Below are positions 9,026 through 18,940 of a stretch of DNA of 64,000 bases, piece by piece. This DNA is from an uncultured Chloroflexia bacterium (GTDB taxonomy: Bacteria > Chloroflexota > Limnocylindria > Limnocylindrales > CSP1-4), in NCBI GenBank assembly GCA_963778955.1, contig CAVZWI010000001.1, positions 1,074,383-1,138,382 on the forward strand, read 5' to 3'. Each line of letters opens with the position of its first letter. Within the stretch, counting starts at the first letter, position 1. Position numbers and translations under genes: made by a program. The notes under the pieces were generated by a model that was given only the letters and a program-made list of their open reading frames with translations, was not told the DNA's origin and did no database searches.

Positions 9026-10100
9026 ATGAGCGAGCACACGTCCCATGAACTCACCCAGCTGCGCCGTCGCATCGGCGATGTCTCGCAGCTCGTCTCCACC
9101 CGCGCCGCGCGCCTGGCCGATGGCAACGAGGATGGCGTCCGCGTCATCGACGCGCGTGCCTCCGGTGGCCTGTCGGCGCTGATCCTGGCCGATCGCGGAC
9201 TCGACCTTGGTTCTGTCTGGGCTGCCGGACACCAGGTCGGCTGGCAATCGACGACCGGGGCCGTGCACCCGGCCTACTTCGCGGAAGCGGACTGGCTGCG
9301 CTCGTTCCACGGCGGCATGCTGACCACTTGTGGCCTGCAGAACGTGGGCCTGCCCTCGGAGGAGGACGGCAAGACGTACGGACTGCACGGACGCATCTCC
9401 AACATCGCCGCGCGCAATGTGAGCCACCGCGTCATCGAGCAGGGTGGCCGCCTGGTGGCGGAGGTGACCGGGGAGATGCGCGAGACGGACGTGTTCGGGG
9501 CCGACCTGCTGCTGCGCCGGCGCATCACGCTGCCCATGGGCGAGACCGTCCTGCACGTCGAGGATGAGGTGACGAACCAGGGCTATGTGCCGACGGCCCT
9601 GATGCTGCTCTATCACATCAACCTGGGCTATCCGGTCGTGGCCGAGGGTTCCCGGCTCGATCACACCGGAGGCTGAGATCACCCCTCGCGACGATGCCGC
9701 TCGAGCCGGGCTCGCGGAGCGCGACACCTTCCCCGCCCCCGTCGATGGCTTCACCGAGAACGTCTTCCGCCACGAGTTGGCGGCGACGGACACGGCGCTG
9801 GTGAGCGCCTCGCTCGTCAACCCCGGGTTCGAGCCTACCGGCGGCATCGGCCTGACGGTCAGCTGGGATCCTCGTCAGCTGCCGCGCCTGTGGCAGTGGC
9901 GGATGCTGGGCCCGGGCATGTACCTTACCGGCCTGGAGCCGGCCAACTGCGGACTCGGCGGACGTGCTGCGGAGCGTGAAGCAGGCAGCATCACCGAGTT
10001 GGCTCCCGGCGAGTCGCGACCGTTCGGCATCTCCATCCGCGTCTCCCTTGGGGAGCAGGCCCAGGAGCTGGCCGCCCAGGCGCCGGCCGCGCAGGGCTGA
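9026..10100 (+). pseudogene. Aldose 1-epimerase family protein (DUF4432-like); one frameshift
   Basis: N-part MSEHTSHELTQLRRRIGD…YGLHGRISN…LLYHINLGYP ends at TGA 9676. The C-part continues in the frame of 9777-10100 (…ITPRDDAARAGL…WQWRMLGPGMYLTGLEPANC). The junction is at CTCGATCAC, about 9658. Confidence 0.75.
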
Positions 10101-10330
10101 CCCCCTTGGAGCCAGCCGACTCGGAGCGCCCCAGCCGATCCGACGGGCTGCGTGCTACGGTCGCGCTGAAGCACGATTCGCACAGGGGGGCTGGGCATGC
10201 CCGGACTGGGACTCCATCTGGTCGGTGACGAGGAGCTCATCGAACGCACCGCGCTCGTCGAGCTCGTCGAGGTCATCCGCAGCGGCCGGCTGTCCTGACA
10301 CCGGCCAGGCTACACGAGCTCGGTCGTGCA

Positions 10331-11425
10331 TTGAGTCGCCCTTCGCCCCTCCGGCTGCGGACATCGCTGGTGCTCGTCGGCCTCGGTCTCGTCGTGGGTG
10401 CCTGTGTGACCGTGCCGGGCCGAACCGGGGGTCCCTCGACGTCACCAGTCCCGACGAGTGCGTCCGCCCCTTCGGCTGTGGCGGGCTCGTCGCTCCCAGC
10501 GGGTCCATCGGCCGTGCCCAGCGCATCCGCGCCGTACCGCTCGGAACAGCCCAGCATCGGTTACATCGCGCTCGATGAGTCGCAGGTCTTCGTCCAGGCC
10601 GTCAGTGCCGGGATTCGTCAAGCGGCCGACGCGGCCGGCGTCGACCTCATCGAATGCGACTCGGGCTGGACCCGCGAAGGCGTGCAAACTTGTGCTGAGC
10701 AGCTGGCGGCGGCCGGGGTGCACGGCGTCCTCAGCTTCCAGCCCTTTGCCGACCTCGCTGCCGGTGTCTGCGAAACGACCGGCGACGTGCCCACCATCGG
10801 CATCGTCTATGACCAGGGTCCCTGCCAGGTGTCACTGCTGGAGATCGACCAGGCCGAATCGGGCCGCCTGGCCGGTTCGGCCATGGGTGCGTTCGCAGCC
10901 GACCGCTGGGATTGCGACGTGAAGGCCTGGGTCTCACTCGAATCCGGCGCGGACGACCCCATCGGCGGCGCCCGCATGGATGGCTTCCGAGGTGGCTACC
11001 AGGAGCATTGTGCGTTGCCTGATGACACGCGCGCCCTGGCCGATGCGCAGCACCTGGTCACGGCTCGAACCCAGGTGGCGACGGCCTTGGCGAAGATCAA
11101 GGGCAAGCCCATCCTCGTGGCGGGGGTGAGCGACATCGCCATCCTGGGCGCGATGCAGGCAGCCGCCGACGCCGGCCGTGGCAACCAGGTCTGGTACGGA
11201 GGGCAGCTGGCCGACCCGGCGATCCGTGCGGAGATCGCCTGCAACGATCACTACATCGCGTCGGTGGCTCAACTCCCTGAACGGTTCGGCTCGGCCCTCG
11301 TGCCGGCCCTCGTCGAGGCCATGGCCGGTCGAGAGGTGGCCCCGCGGATCGACGCCGCGTTGGAGGTGGTCACGGCCGCCAACGTCCGGACCCTGTTTCC
11401 GGACACCCCGGCGTGCGACGGGTAG
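10331..11425 (+). CDS. Lipoprotein, periplasmic sugar-binding (PBP1/LacI-like) domain protein
   Basis: Lipobox LVVGAC after a basic N-region. The PBP1 fold is inferred from IGYIALDESQVFVQAVSAGIRQAADAAGVDLIECD. No adjacent permease or ATPase. Confidence 0.7.
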   Translation: MSRPSPLRLRTSLVLVGLGLVVGACVTVPGRTGGPSTSPVPTSASAPSAVAGSSLPAGPSAVPSASAPYRSEQPSIGYIALDESQVFVQAVSAGIRQAADAAGVDLIECDSGWTREGVQTCAEQLAAAGVHGVLSFQPFADLAAGVCETTGDVPTIGIVYDQGPCQVSLLEIDQAESGRLAGSAMGAFAADRWDCDVKAWVSLESGADDPIGGARMDGFRGGYQEHCALPDDTRALADAQHLVTARTQVATALAKIKGKPILVAGVSDIAILGAMQAAADAGRGNQVWYGGQLADPAIRAEIACNDHYIASVAQLPERFGSALVPALVEAMAGREVAPRIDAALEVVTAANVRTLFPDTPACDG

Positions 11426-11552
11426 CAACAAGCTCGGGTAATGTAGCGCCACCATACCGTCGCCAAACTTGGCTAGCAGCTGGCTGTCGGTGACTTCAGG
11501 CAGGGGCAGGAGGGATCGAACCTTGGATAGGAACCGGACTCGCATCTCACGG

Positions 11553-12517
11553 GTGGCCAGATGGTCAGCCTTGATCGCCGTGGGAGCACTGGTCGTGGTG
11601 GCCTGCCGCCCCGACGATGCGACACCTGCGCCGACCGAGGTCCCGTCCGCCGCTGCCTCGACGGCTCCGGTCCTCGCGTCCATCGAGCCCATCGTGACGG
11701 CTGAGCCAACGGCCGCGCCAACGCCCAAGCCGACCAAGCAGCCCACGCCCAAGCCGACTGCTGCGCCCACCGGGCGCCGACCGCCGAACCGACCCTCGCG
11801 CCCACCGTGGCGCCGACCGCCGAACCGACCCTCGCGCCCACCGTGGCGCCGACCGCCGAACCGACCCTCGCGCCCACCGTGGCGCCGACCGCCGAACCGA
11901 CCCTCGCGCCCACCGTGGCGCCGACCGCCGAACCGACCCTCGCGCCCACCGTGGCGCCGACCGCCGAACCGACCCTCGCGCCCACCGTGGCGCCGACCGC
12001 CGAACCGACCCTCGCGCCCACCGTGGCGCCGACCGCCGAACCGACCCTCGCGCCCACCGTGGCGCCGACCGCCGAACCCACCGTTGCGCCGAGCATCGCG
12101 CCGGTGGCCAGCGACCAGCCGGTCGTCATCGAGGGTCCTGCTGTGACCGGCGCGATCACCCTGCCCGAGGACGCGGTCCTGACCGAGGGTGCCACCTGGT
12201 CGGTCGAGTTGCAGGACGCGTCCAAGATGGACGTGGCAGCCGTGACGATCGGTGCGGCGTCAGGGGAGGTCGCTGACACCGAGGCGACGGAGATCCCGTT
12301 CGCCATCACCTATGATTCCGCGGCCATCGACCCGCGTATCGCGTATACCTTGCGCGCCGAGGTCCTCGATGCCGATGGCAACGCCCTGTATGCCAGCGAC
12401 ACGGTGACCCCCGGCATCATCAACGGCGCATCCGTCGAGCAGGTCGTCGTCCAGGTGCAGGATGTCCCCGTCGCTGCCGAGTCGCCCGTCGCCGCCGTGG
12501 AGAGTCCGGCCGCCTAG
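11553..12517 (+). pseudogene. YbaY/YscW-like lipoprotein with APTAEPTLAPTV repeat linker; frameshift at first repeat unit
   Basis: Signal/lipobox (ALIAVGALVVVAC) lies in frame 0. The repeats and the C-terminal YbaY-like domain (…ITLPEDAVLTEGATWSVELQDASKMD…IPFAITYDSAAIDPRIAYTLRAEVLD) lie in frame 2. The first unit lacks a T (caccg-ggcg versus caccgtggcg) at about 11772. Start is uncertain. Confidence 0.6.
11763..12085. repeat. 36-bp tandem repeat, about 9 copies (7 perfect, first copy with 1-nt deletion, last diverging)
   Basis: Unit gcgcccaccgtggcgccgaccgccgaaccgaccctc repeats head to tail from 11798 to 12049 without a mismatch. Confidence 0.95.
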
Positions 12518-12745
12518 CCGTCCGCCGAGCGTGGCCGTCCTCTGGTCGCTCGACCGCCCCGCCAGAGTGCGAGACGCAGCCAGAGGACCGGTCAAGCATA
12601 GGCAGACTGACGCCGGCATCGGACGTCGATCGTTGCCCCGCGCGGGGGTCGTGGCTCGCACTCCGCGCGACTCACGGACGGTATCGTGCCGTCGCACACT
12701 CAGAGGGAGGCTGTTGCCCATGCTCGTGAGAAGGCACGCCCGCTG

Positions 12746-14825
12746 ATGGATGGGACACCTGCATTCATCATCGCCGCAGGCGCCGCCATCGCTGGTCTCA
12801 TCACCGCCTTCCTGGTGGCACGAAGCGTGCTGGCCCAGGACGCGGGACCGGAGATCGATCCAGAAGGTCGGACGGCTGATCCAGGAAGGCGCGATGGCCT
12901 TCATCCGCCGGGAATACATGATCCTCGCGGTGTTCGTGGCTGTGGTGGCTGCGCTCCTCGCACTCCTGATCGACTTCAACGTCACCGACAACGCGACCAT
13001 CAAGGGACTCAACGCCACCGTCCACGATCGCCTTGGCGCCGGTCCCTGGACAGCTACCACGTACATTCTCGGCGCCCTGGGCTCTGCGACGGCCGGCTTC
13101 ATCGGCATGAGCATCGCGGTGCGCGGCAACACCCGGACCGCGGCGGCGGCCATGAAGGGATTGGATCCAGCCCTGCGGGTCGCCTTCAACACCGGCACCG
13201 TCATGGGTCTGACCGTCGTCGGCATCGGCCTGCTCGGGATCACCTCCCTCTGGGTCGTCTTCCAGGATGCGACGATCGTGGCCGGCTTCGCCTTCGGCGC
13301 CTCGTCGATCGCACTATTCGCACGCGTCGGCGGTGGCATCTACACCAAGGCTGCCGATGTCGGTGCTGACCTCGTGGGCAAGGTCGAAGCGGGCATCCCC
13401 GAGGATGACCCGCGCAACCCGGCCACCATCGCCGACAACGTCGGTGACAACGTGGGGGACGTGGCCGGCATGGGCGCCGACCTCTTCGAGTCCTACGTCG
13501 GCGGCATGGTGTCTGCGCTCACCTTGGTCGCCGTAGGCGCCGGGTTCTTCACCATCACCGACGTCGGTTGGGACAGCGCACTCGCCGTGCTGCCGCTGGT
13601 GATCGCGGGTGCGGGCATCCTCTGCTCCATCATCGGCACCTTCTTCGTACGCACCAGGGATGACGCCAGGATGTCACAGCTCCTGTGGTCTCTGCGGTTC
13701 GGCGTCTTCGGTGCCGCGGGGCTGGCGCTCGTCGCGACCGCCGCGGTGCTGTTCGCCTTGGAGCTTCCATTGGAACTCTTCTGGGTCGTCCTGACCGGCC
13801 TCGTCGTGGGCCAGGTCATCGGCGCCTCCACCGAGTTCTTCACCTCGTACGAATACCGCCCCACCCGGTGGATCGCCGGGCAGGCGGCCACCGGTCCCGC
13901 CTCGGTCGTCATCGGCGGCATCGGGGTCGGCCTCGTGAGCGTGGTCATCCCGACCATCGCGGTCGTCGTGGGTATCTTCGTGGCCGAGTACTTCGCTGGT
14001 CTGTACGGCGTCGCGCTGGCCGCGGTCGGCATGCTCTCGACCCTCGGTATCACCCTCGCCACCGACGCCTATGGTCCGGTCGCTGACAACGCCGGGGGCC
14101 TCGCCGAGCAGGGGCGGCTGCCGCCCGAGGTCCGGGAGCGCACGGACGCTCTCGACTCGCTGGGCAACACCACGGCCGCCACCGGCAAGGGCTTCGCGAT
14201 CGGCTCGGCCGTGCTGACCGCGCTGGCACTGCTCGTCGCCTACGTCGAGGTCACCGGTGTCGCCACCCTGGAACTGACCGATAGCGATGTGCTCATCGGC
14301 ATCCTGTTGGGCGCGATGCTGCCGTTCCTCTTCGCCGGCCTGACGATGTATGCGGTGGGCACGGCCGCCTACGCCATGATCGAAGAGGTTCGACGCCAAT
14401 TCCGCGAGATCCCCGGACTGCGCGAGGGCCAGGAAGGCGTGGAGCCGGATGCGGCCCGAGCGGTCGACATCTCCACCCAGGGCGCCCTGCGCGCGATGAT
14501 CCTGCCCGGAGCCATCGCGGTGCTCTCGCCCATCATCGTCGGAATCTTGCTGGGTGCCGAGGCGCTCGGCGGCATGCTCGCCGGCTCGATCGCGGCAGGA
14601 TTCCTGCTGGCGCTGTTCATGGCCAACACCGGCGGTGCCTGGGACAACGCCAAGAAGTGGGTCGAGTCGGGACAGCACGGTGGCAAGGGCTCTGCGGCCC
14701 ACGCCGCCACCGTCGTCGGCGATACCATCGGCGATCCATTCAAGGACACCTCCGGTCCATCGATCAACATCCTGTTGAAGTTGATGGCCATCGTGTCGCT
14801 CATCTTCGGCCCACTGTTCATCTAG
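12746..14825 (+). pseudogene. hppA: Membrane-bound proton-translocating pyrophosphatase; one frameshift near the 5' end
   Basis: Hallmarks IYTKAADVGADLVGKVEAGIPEDDPRNPATIADNVGDNVGDVAGMGADLFESY and GGAWDNAKK. The N-terminal TM1 (MDGTPAFIIAAGAAIAGLITAFLVARSVLAQDAGPE) is in another frame. Removing C at 12856 (GAGATCGATCC) restores …GPEMIQKVGRLIQEGAMAF. Confidence 0.9.
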
Positions 14826-14855
14826 GCCAAGCAGCCAAGCACTCGAGCGGCCAAG

Positions 14856-14881
14856 CACTCGAGCGGCCGAGCGCTCGAGTG
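14856..14881 (+). terminator. 10-bp perfect stem / 6-nt loop hairpin within a 16-nt tandem repeat just after hppA (factor-independent terminator candidate, no U-tract)
   Basis: cactcgagcg-gccgag-cgctcgagtg. It is embedded in three copies of ccaagcactcgagcgg / ccgagcgctcgagtgg (14835-14886). Confidence 0.4.
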
Positions 14882-14892
14882 GAGCGGACCTC

Positions 14893-15564
14893 TTGAACGA
14901 CTACGATGGAGCCGGCATGGAACGCAGCCTCTACTACGTCCGACTCTTCCCAGGCACCGAGGCACGCTATGACGCCCTGCACGCCGAGCTTCCGGCGGAG
15001 GTCGCGGCCGAGATGCGCGATGCCGGTCTGCGCAACGTCACCGGCTTCAGGCGCGGTACGGACGTGTGGTGGTACGCCGAGTGCGAGCCCGACCGCATCA
15101 GCGCTTTCCGGGGTTATGCCGGGGGCAGCGCCAACAGGCGTTGGGGCAGACAGTTCCGCGACGTCATCGCAGAGGTCGAGGCTCCCGGTGGCGGGCTCAT
15201 CTGGTACGACGAGGTCTTCCACACCGATGCCCCGCGGCCCGACGGACACTGGGAGTGGGGCTGCTTCAGCCTGGTCATCGACCCGCGGGCGGCGGTCTAC
15301 TACGACAATCTCCACGCCGAGCCTTGGCCGGAGATGCTCCAGGCCATCGCCGATGCCGGCTATCGCGACTACACCGGCTTCCGCCGTGGCGCCCACGTCG
15401 TCTATGTGGGGCGCTACTACCCCGACTTTCAGACCGTCATCGACAAGATCGATGCGACCGAGGTGGCGGCACGCTGGGGAGCGGCCTTCGAGGGCACCAT
15501 CACCACGTTCGTAGATGAGCAGGGCCTGAATCACACGGCCGATCTCATCTACCACCAGGAGTAG
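14893..15564 (+). CDS. Tandem double L-rhamnose mutarotase (RhaM/DUF718-like) domain protein
   Basis: Two internal repeats of the pattern Y…LH…(W)PE…DAG(L/Y)R(N/D)(V/Y)TGFRRG…V(W/V)Y. Start is TTG 14893 or ATG 14917. Confidence 0.65.
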   Translation: MNDYDGAGMERSLYYVRLFPGTEARYDALHAELPAEVAAEMRDAGLRNVTGFRRGTDVWWYAECEPDRISAFRGYAGGSANRRWGRQFRDVIAEVEAPGGGLIWYDEVFHTDAPRPDGHWEWGCFSLVIDPRAAVYYDNLHAEPWPEMLQAIADAGYRDYTGFRRGAHVVYVGRYYPDFQTVIDKIDATEVAARWGAAFEGTITTFVDEQGLNHTADLIYHQE

Positions 15565-15857
15565 GTCGGTTCGGCCGGAGGCGCGTCCGATCTGCCTGGC
15601 AGTCACCCGACTGACGTCAGAGTCCCATCCCTCGTCGCTCCCTTGCCTGGGATGCAGATCGCCGGCACCACGTGTGGGAATCGGGCGTCCCAGGCAAACG
15701 AGCGCCCGGCGATGTCCCAGTCTCGTCGGCTATGTGACTTCCAGGCAAGCGCGGGCTGGGACTGCACGCCGGGGAGTCCACGCGGTGGCACGCCGGAGTC
15801 CGGGCAGGCCGACCCGGCCAGTGACAGATCTGACGTGAGCGCCTATGGTTCGGCGTC

Positions 15858-16814
15858 GTGACCGCTGATCGGACAGATGTGCTGGCGCCGCCTCGGCGAT
15901 CCTGGCCCGCCGCCATCGCGCGCCGTGTGAGCGCCGCGTTCCTGATCGTGTCACTCGCGCCGGGGCTGGTCGTGTCCCATCCAGGGCCTGCTATTGCCGC
16001 CTCACCCAAAGCTGACCCCGAGGCGCCAGTCTCCTGGTCCCAGCCTTCCCTGGATGAAGTCGTCCTGGGTACCGGCGACGCCCTCGCGATCGCCCCACCC
16101 CCCACGATCGCCCCACCCCAGACGATCGACCTTCGCCCGTGGCCCAGGCCCGGCCCGTTCTCGATGAACCTCTATTCGGCCGGCGACTTCGTGCACCAGA
16201 AGACGGCCTACTGGTGCGTGGCCGCGTCGGTACAGACGATGATCAACATCATCGAGGATGACGAGCCGGATCGGACGAAGCGCTCCCAGCGGCGCCTTCA
16301 CCTCGACGGTCGCAGCCTCGATCCCGGTCACGCCGAGTACTGGCGCCAGTTGCCTGATGGTTCGCCCATGAAGCGTGGCCTGCACGGGCTGGGGTTGGCC
16401 GATTGGACCGCCATGCTGGATGCGGCCGGCCACGGGCCGTACGTGATCGATCGGGCGGAGACACGCAAGAAGGCCATCCGCATGGCCGCCCGGGCGCTGC
16501 GCACGACTGGCAAGCCGGTCGGCCTGGTCGTGTGGAAGGGTGCGCATGCCTGGGTCATGTCGGGCTTCGTCGCCACGGCGGATCCGGCCTACACGGACGA
16601 CTTCAAGGTCACCAAGGTCTTCATCGAGGACCCCTGGTACCCCGACGTCAGCGCCATCTGGGGTGCCTCTCGTCCACCGAACTCGGCCGTCGCCGTCGCG
16701 ACCCTCGACGGTGACTACCTGCCATATGATCGTCCGGGCCGGGTCCATCCCAAGCGCGACGGCCGCTACATGCTCATCCTGCCGACCCTGCCGGAGGGGA
16801 CGCTGGTTCACTGA
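15858..16814 (+). CDS. Secreted papain-like (peptidase C39-like) cysteine peptidase domain protein
   Basis: Signal-like N-terminus (…AAFLIVSLAPGLVVSHPGPAIAAS). Candidate catalytic Q…C (HQKTAYWCVAASVQTMINII) and His (GAHAWVMSGF). The family assignment is tentative. Confidence 0.5.
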   Translation: MTADRTDVLAPPRRSWPAAIARRVSAAFLIVSLAPGLVVSHPGPAIAASPKADPEAPVSWSQPSLDEVVLGTGDALAIAPPPTIAPPQTIDLRPWPRPGPFSMNLYSAGDFVHQKTAYWCVAASVQTMINIIEDDEPDRTKRSQRRLHLDGRSLDPGHAEYWRQLPDGSPMKRGLHGLGLADWTAMLDAAGHGPYVIDRAETRKKAIRMAARALRTTGKPVGLVVWKGAHAWVMSGFVATADPAYTDDFKVTKVFIEDPWYPDVSAIWGASRPPNSAVAVATLDGDYLPYDRPGRVHPKRDGRYMLILPTLPEGTLVH

Positions 16815-16821
16815 GGCGGGG

Positions 16822-17236
16822 CTACGCCTCGTCGGGGTCCAGCTGCAGCGATGCCGAGTTGATGCAGTAGCGCTTGCCGGTGGGCTTGGGCCCGTCGTCG
16901 AAGACGTGGCCCAAGTGGCCGCCACACGCTGAGCACATCACTTCCGTGCGGACCATGCCCAGCGAGCCGTCCGTCTCGTAGGCGATGGCGCCGTCCCCGG
17001 CCGGCTGCCAGAAGCTGGGCCAGCCCGATCCCGAGTCGTACTTGGTGTCGGAGCTGAAGAGCTCGGCGCCGCAACCGGCACATCGGTAAGTGCCCCCGCG
17101 CTTCTCGTGGACGTACTCGCCGGTGAAGGCACGTTCGGTACCCTTCTCGCGGAGGATGCGGTACTGGTCGGTACTCAGACGCTGCCGCCATTCCTGCTCG
17201 GAGGTCGGCTGCGCGGTGGTCTTCGGATCGACTCAT
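16822..17236 (-). pseudogene. msrB: Peptide-methionine (R)-S-oxide reductase; frameshift two codons after the start
   Basis: Reverse translation gives …[29 protein letters not shown]…[27 protein letters not shown]…[18 protein letters not shown]…RYCINS. The only ATG (17236) is out of frame. Removing C from ATGAGTCGATCC restores MSDPKTT…. Confidence 0.85.
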
Positions 17237-17279
17237 GCGCAGCATCGTACGCGCTGGCCGTGACGAGGCGATGACCGCG

Positions 17280-18119
17280 TCACTCTTCCATCCAGGGCCG
17301 GTCGTCCGACGGTGGGTCCCAACTGGGGATCGGCGCCTGCAACGGATCCTCGATCCAGCAGAACCGGCCGTTGGTGTCCGCGCCGGCCTCCGAGGTCAGG
17401 TGCAGCACCAGGGCCACGGCCTTCTCTGGCGGGTCGCCACCGGTCTCTTCGACCCAGTCGGCCCAGGAGACGTAGTTCTGTGCGATCGCACCGAGGCCGG
17501 CCACTCGTTCCCGGATATCGGCCCACATCGCCGTCTTGACGTCACCGGGATGGATGACGTTGGCGGTCACGCCCGAGCCGGCGACCTCCGCGGCGAGGTG
17601 GCGGGTGAACTGGTTGAGTGCGGCCTTGGCCGTGCCGTAGGCGCTGTTGATGGGTCCGGGCGGATGGAGCGAGGCTGCCGAAGTCACGTTCACGATACGG
17701 CCCCAGCCGGCCTCGAGCATGTCGCCGAGGAACGCGTTGGTGGTGAAGAACGGGGCCACCGCATCGACCATGATCGCACGTTGCCACTGCTCCGGGTCGG
17801 CATCGCGCACCAGGTCGATGGGGCCGAAGATGCCGGCAGCGTTGACCAGGATGGATGGCGCACCAAAGCGCTGCCGGATCTCCTCCGCCAAGGCAGCCAC
17901 GCGACGGTGATCGGCCACATCGCAGACGATGCCAACGACACCACCAGCGGTATCCGCCGCGAGCCGCTCCGACTCGCGCAGTTGCTCCGCTGAACGGGCT
18001 ACGGCCACCACGCGGACGCCCCGTTCGGCAAGACCACATGCGAATGCCTGGCCGAGCCCACGGCCACCACCGGTGACCACGGCCAGGCGAGCACCATGAT
18101 CGGCGGAGGTATGGGGCAC
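17280..18119 (-). CDS. SDR family oxidoreductase
   Basis: VVTGGGRGLGQAF cofactor motif and the YGTAKAAL catalytic motif. GTG 18119 is preceded by AGGAGG; the listed ORF extends to 18194. Confidence 0.85.
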   Translation of the reverse strand: MPHTSADHGARLAVVTGGGRGLGQAFACGLAERGVRVVAVARSAEQLRESERLAADTAGGVVGIVCDVADHRRVAALAEEIRQRFGAPSILVNAAGIFGPIDLVRDADPEQWQRAIMVDAVAPFFTTNAFLGDMLEAGWGRIVNVTSAASLHPPGPINSAYGTAKAALNQFTRHLAAEVAGSGVTANVIHPGDVKTAMWADIRERVAGLGAIAQNYVSWADWVEETGGDPPEKAVALVLHLTSEAGADTNGRFCWIEDPLQAPIPSWDPPSDDRPWMEE

Positions 18120-18200
18120 GTGGATCTCCTCCTGAAGGATGTCGATGTGGCCAGTGTATGGCGGCTCACGCCACGGAGGTGAGGGTGCGACCATAGCTCC

Positions 18201-18575
18201 ATGACCCTTGTCCTCATCGCCGTCGGCGGCGCAGCTGGTGCCGTGTCGCGCTATCTGTTGCAGGGTTGGGTCCAGGAGCTCAGCGGCGGGCGCTTCCCGT
18301 GGGGGACGTTTGCGGTGAACATCTCCGGCTCATTCCTGCTCGGCCTTGTCTTCGCCCTGGCCATCGACCGTGCCATCCTGACCCCGGAGGTGCGCGTACC
18401 GGTGATGATCGGCTTCATCGGCTCGTACACCACGTTCTCCACGCTGATGCTGGAGTCGTGGCGGCTGGTCGAGGAGGGCGACTACCTATTCATGTTCGGC
18501 AACCTCATCGGCTCGGTCGTCATCGGCATGCTGGCGGTCGTAGCCGGTCTGGCACTGGGGAGGCTCCTGCCATGA
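18201..18575 (+). CDS. crcB: Fluoride ion channel CrcB/FluC
   Basis: 124 aa with 4 TM segments. Motifs GGAAGAVSRY, WGTFAVNISGSFLLG and GFIGSYTTFST. Confidence 0.9.
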   Translation: MTLVLIAVGGAAGAVSRYLLQGWVQELSGGRFPWGTFAVNISGSFLLGLVFALAIDRAILTPEVRVPVMIGFIGSYTTFSTLMLESWRLVEEGDYLFMFGNLIGSVVIGMLAVVAGLALGRLLP

Positions 18576-18940
18576 AGCTCGACGGGACCGCGCTGCTGGC
18601 GCGCATCTACATCGGTGAGTCGGATCACCACGACGGCCGGCCGCTCTACGAGGCGATCGTGGCGCTGTTGCGAGAGCGAGGCATCGCTGGCGCCACCGTC
18701 CTGCGAGGCATCGAGGGCTACGGTCGCGCCGCCCGCCTGCACACCAGCCGCATCCTCCGCCTGTCGGAGGACCTGCCCATCCTGATCGAGGTCGTCGATC
18801 TCGAGGACCGCTTGCGTTCCGTCTTGCCGGAGATCGATGCTCTGGTCGGGGAGGGCCTCATCACGCTCGAACACGTCGAAGTCATCGCCTACCGCTCGCC
18901 GGAGAGGCCGGACCGGCCGAAGGAGGAGGATCCCGTATGA
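18572..18940 (+). CDS. DUF190 domain protein (commonly crcB-associated)
   Basis: MKLDGTALLARIYIGESDHHDGRPLYEAIVALLRERGIAGATVLRGIEGYG. ATGA overlap with crcB (18572-18575). Confidence 0.8.
   Translation: MKLDGTALLARIYIGESDHHDGRPLYEAIVALLRERGIAGATVLRGIEGYGRAARLHTSRILRLSEDLPILIEVVDLEDRLRSVLPEIDALVGEGLITLEHVEVIAYRSPERPDRPKEEDPV

Noticed and set aside
11500-11535. A tRNA-like T-arm string on the minus strand (GGTTCGATCCC) upstream of the lipoprotein gene, which could mark a tRNA or an integration-site remnant.
   Set aside because: The flanking bases do not form a 5-bp T-stem (only 3 pairs). No matching acceptor 5' strand, D-arm or anticodon arm lies within about 80 nt on that strand.
11763-12085. 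A regular 36-bp repeat that could be mistaken for a CRISPR array.
   Set aside because: The units are directly adjacent with no spacers, are in frame within a coding region, and there are no cas genes.
11469-12146. ORF encoding an Arg/Pro-rich repeat protein (RRPPNRPSRPPW x 8).
   Set aside because: It is the 36-bp tandem repeat read in the wrong frame. The frame encoding APTAEPTLAPTV continues into a recognisable YbaY-like domain.
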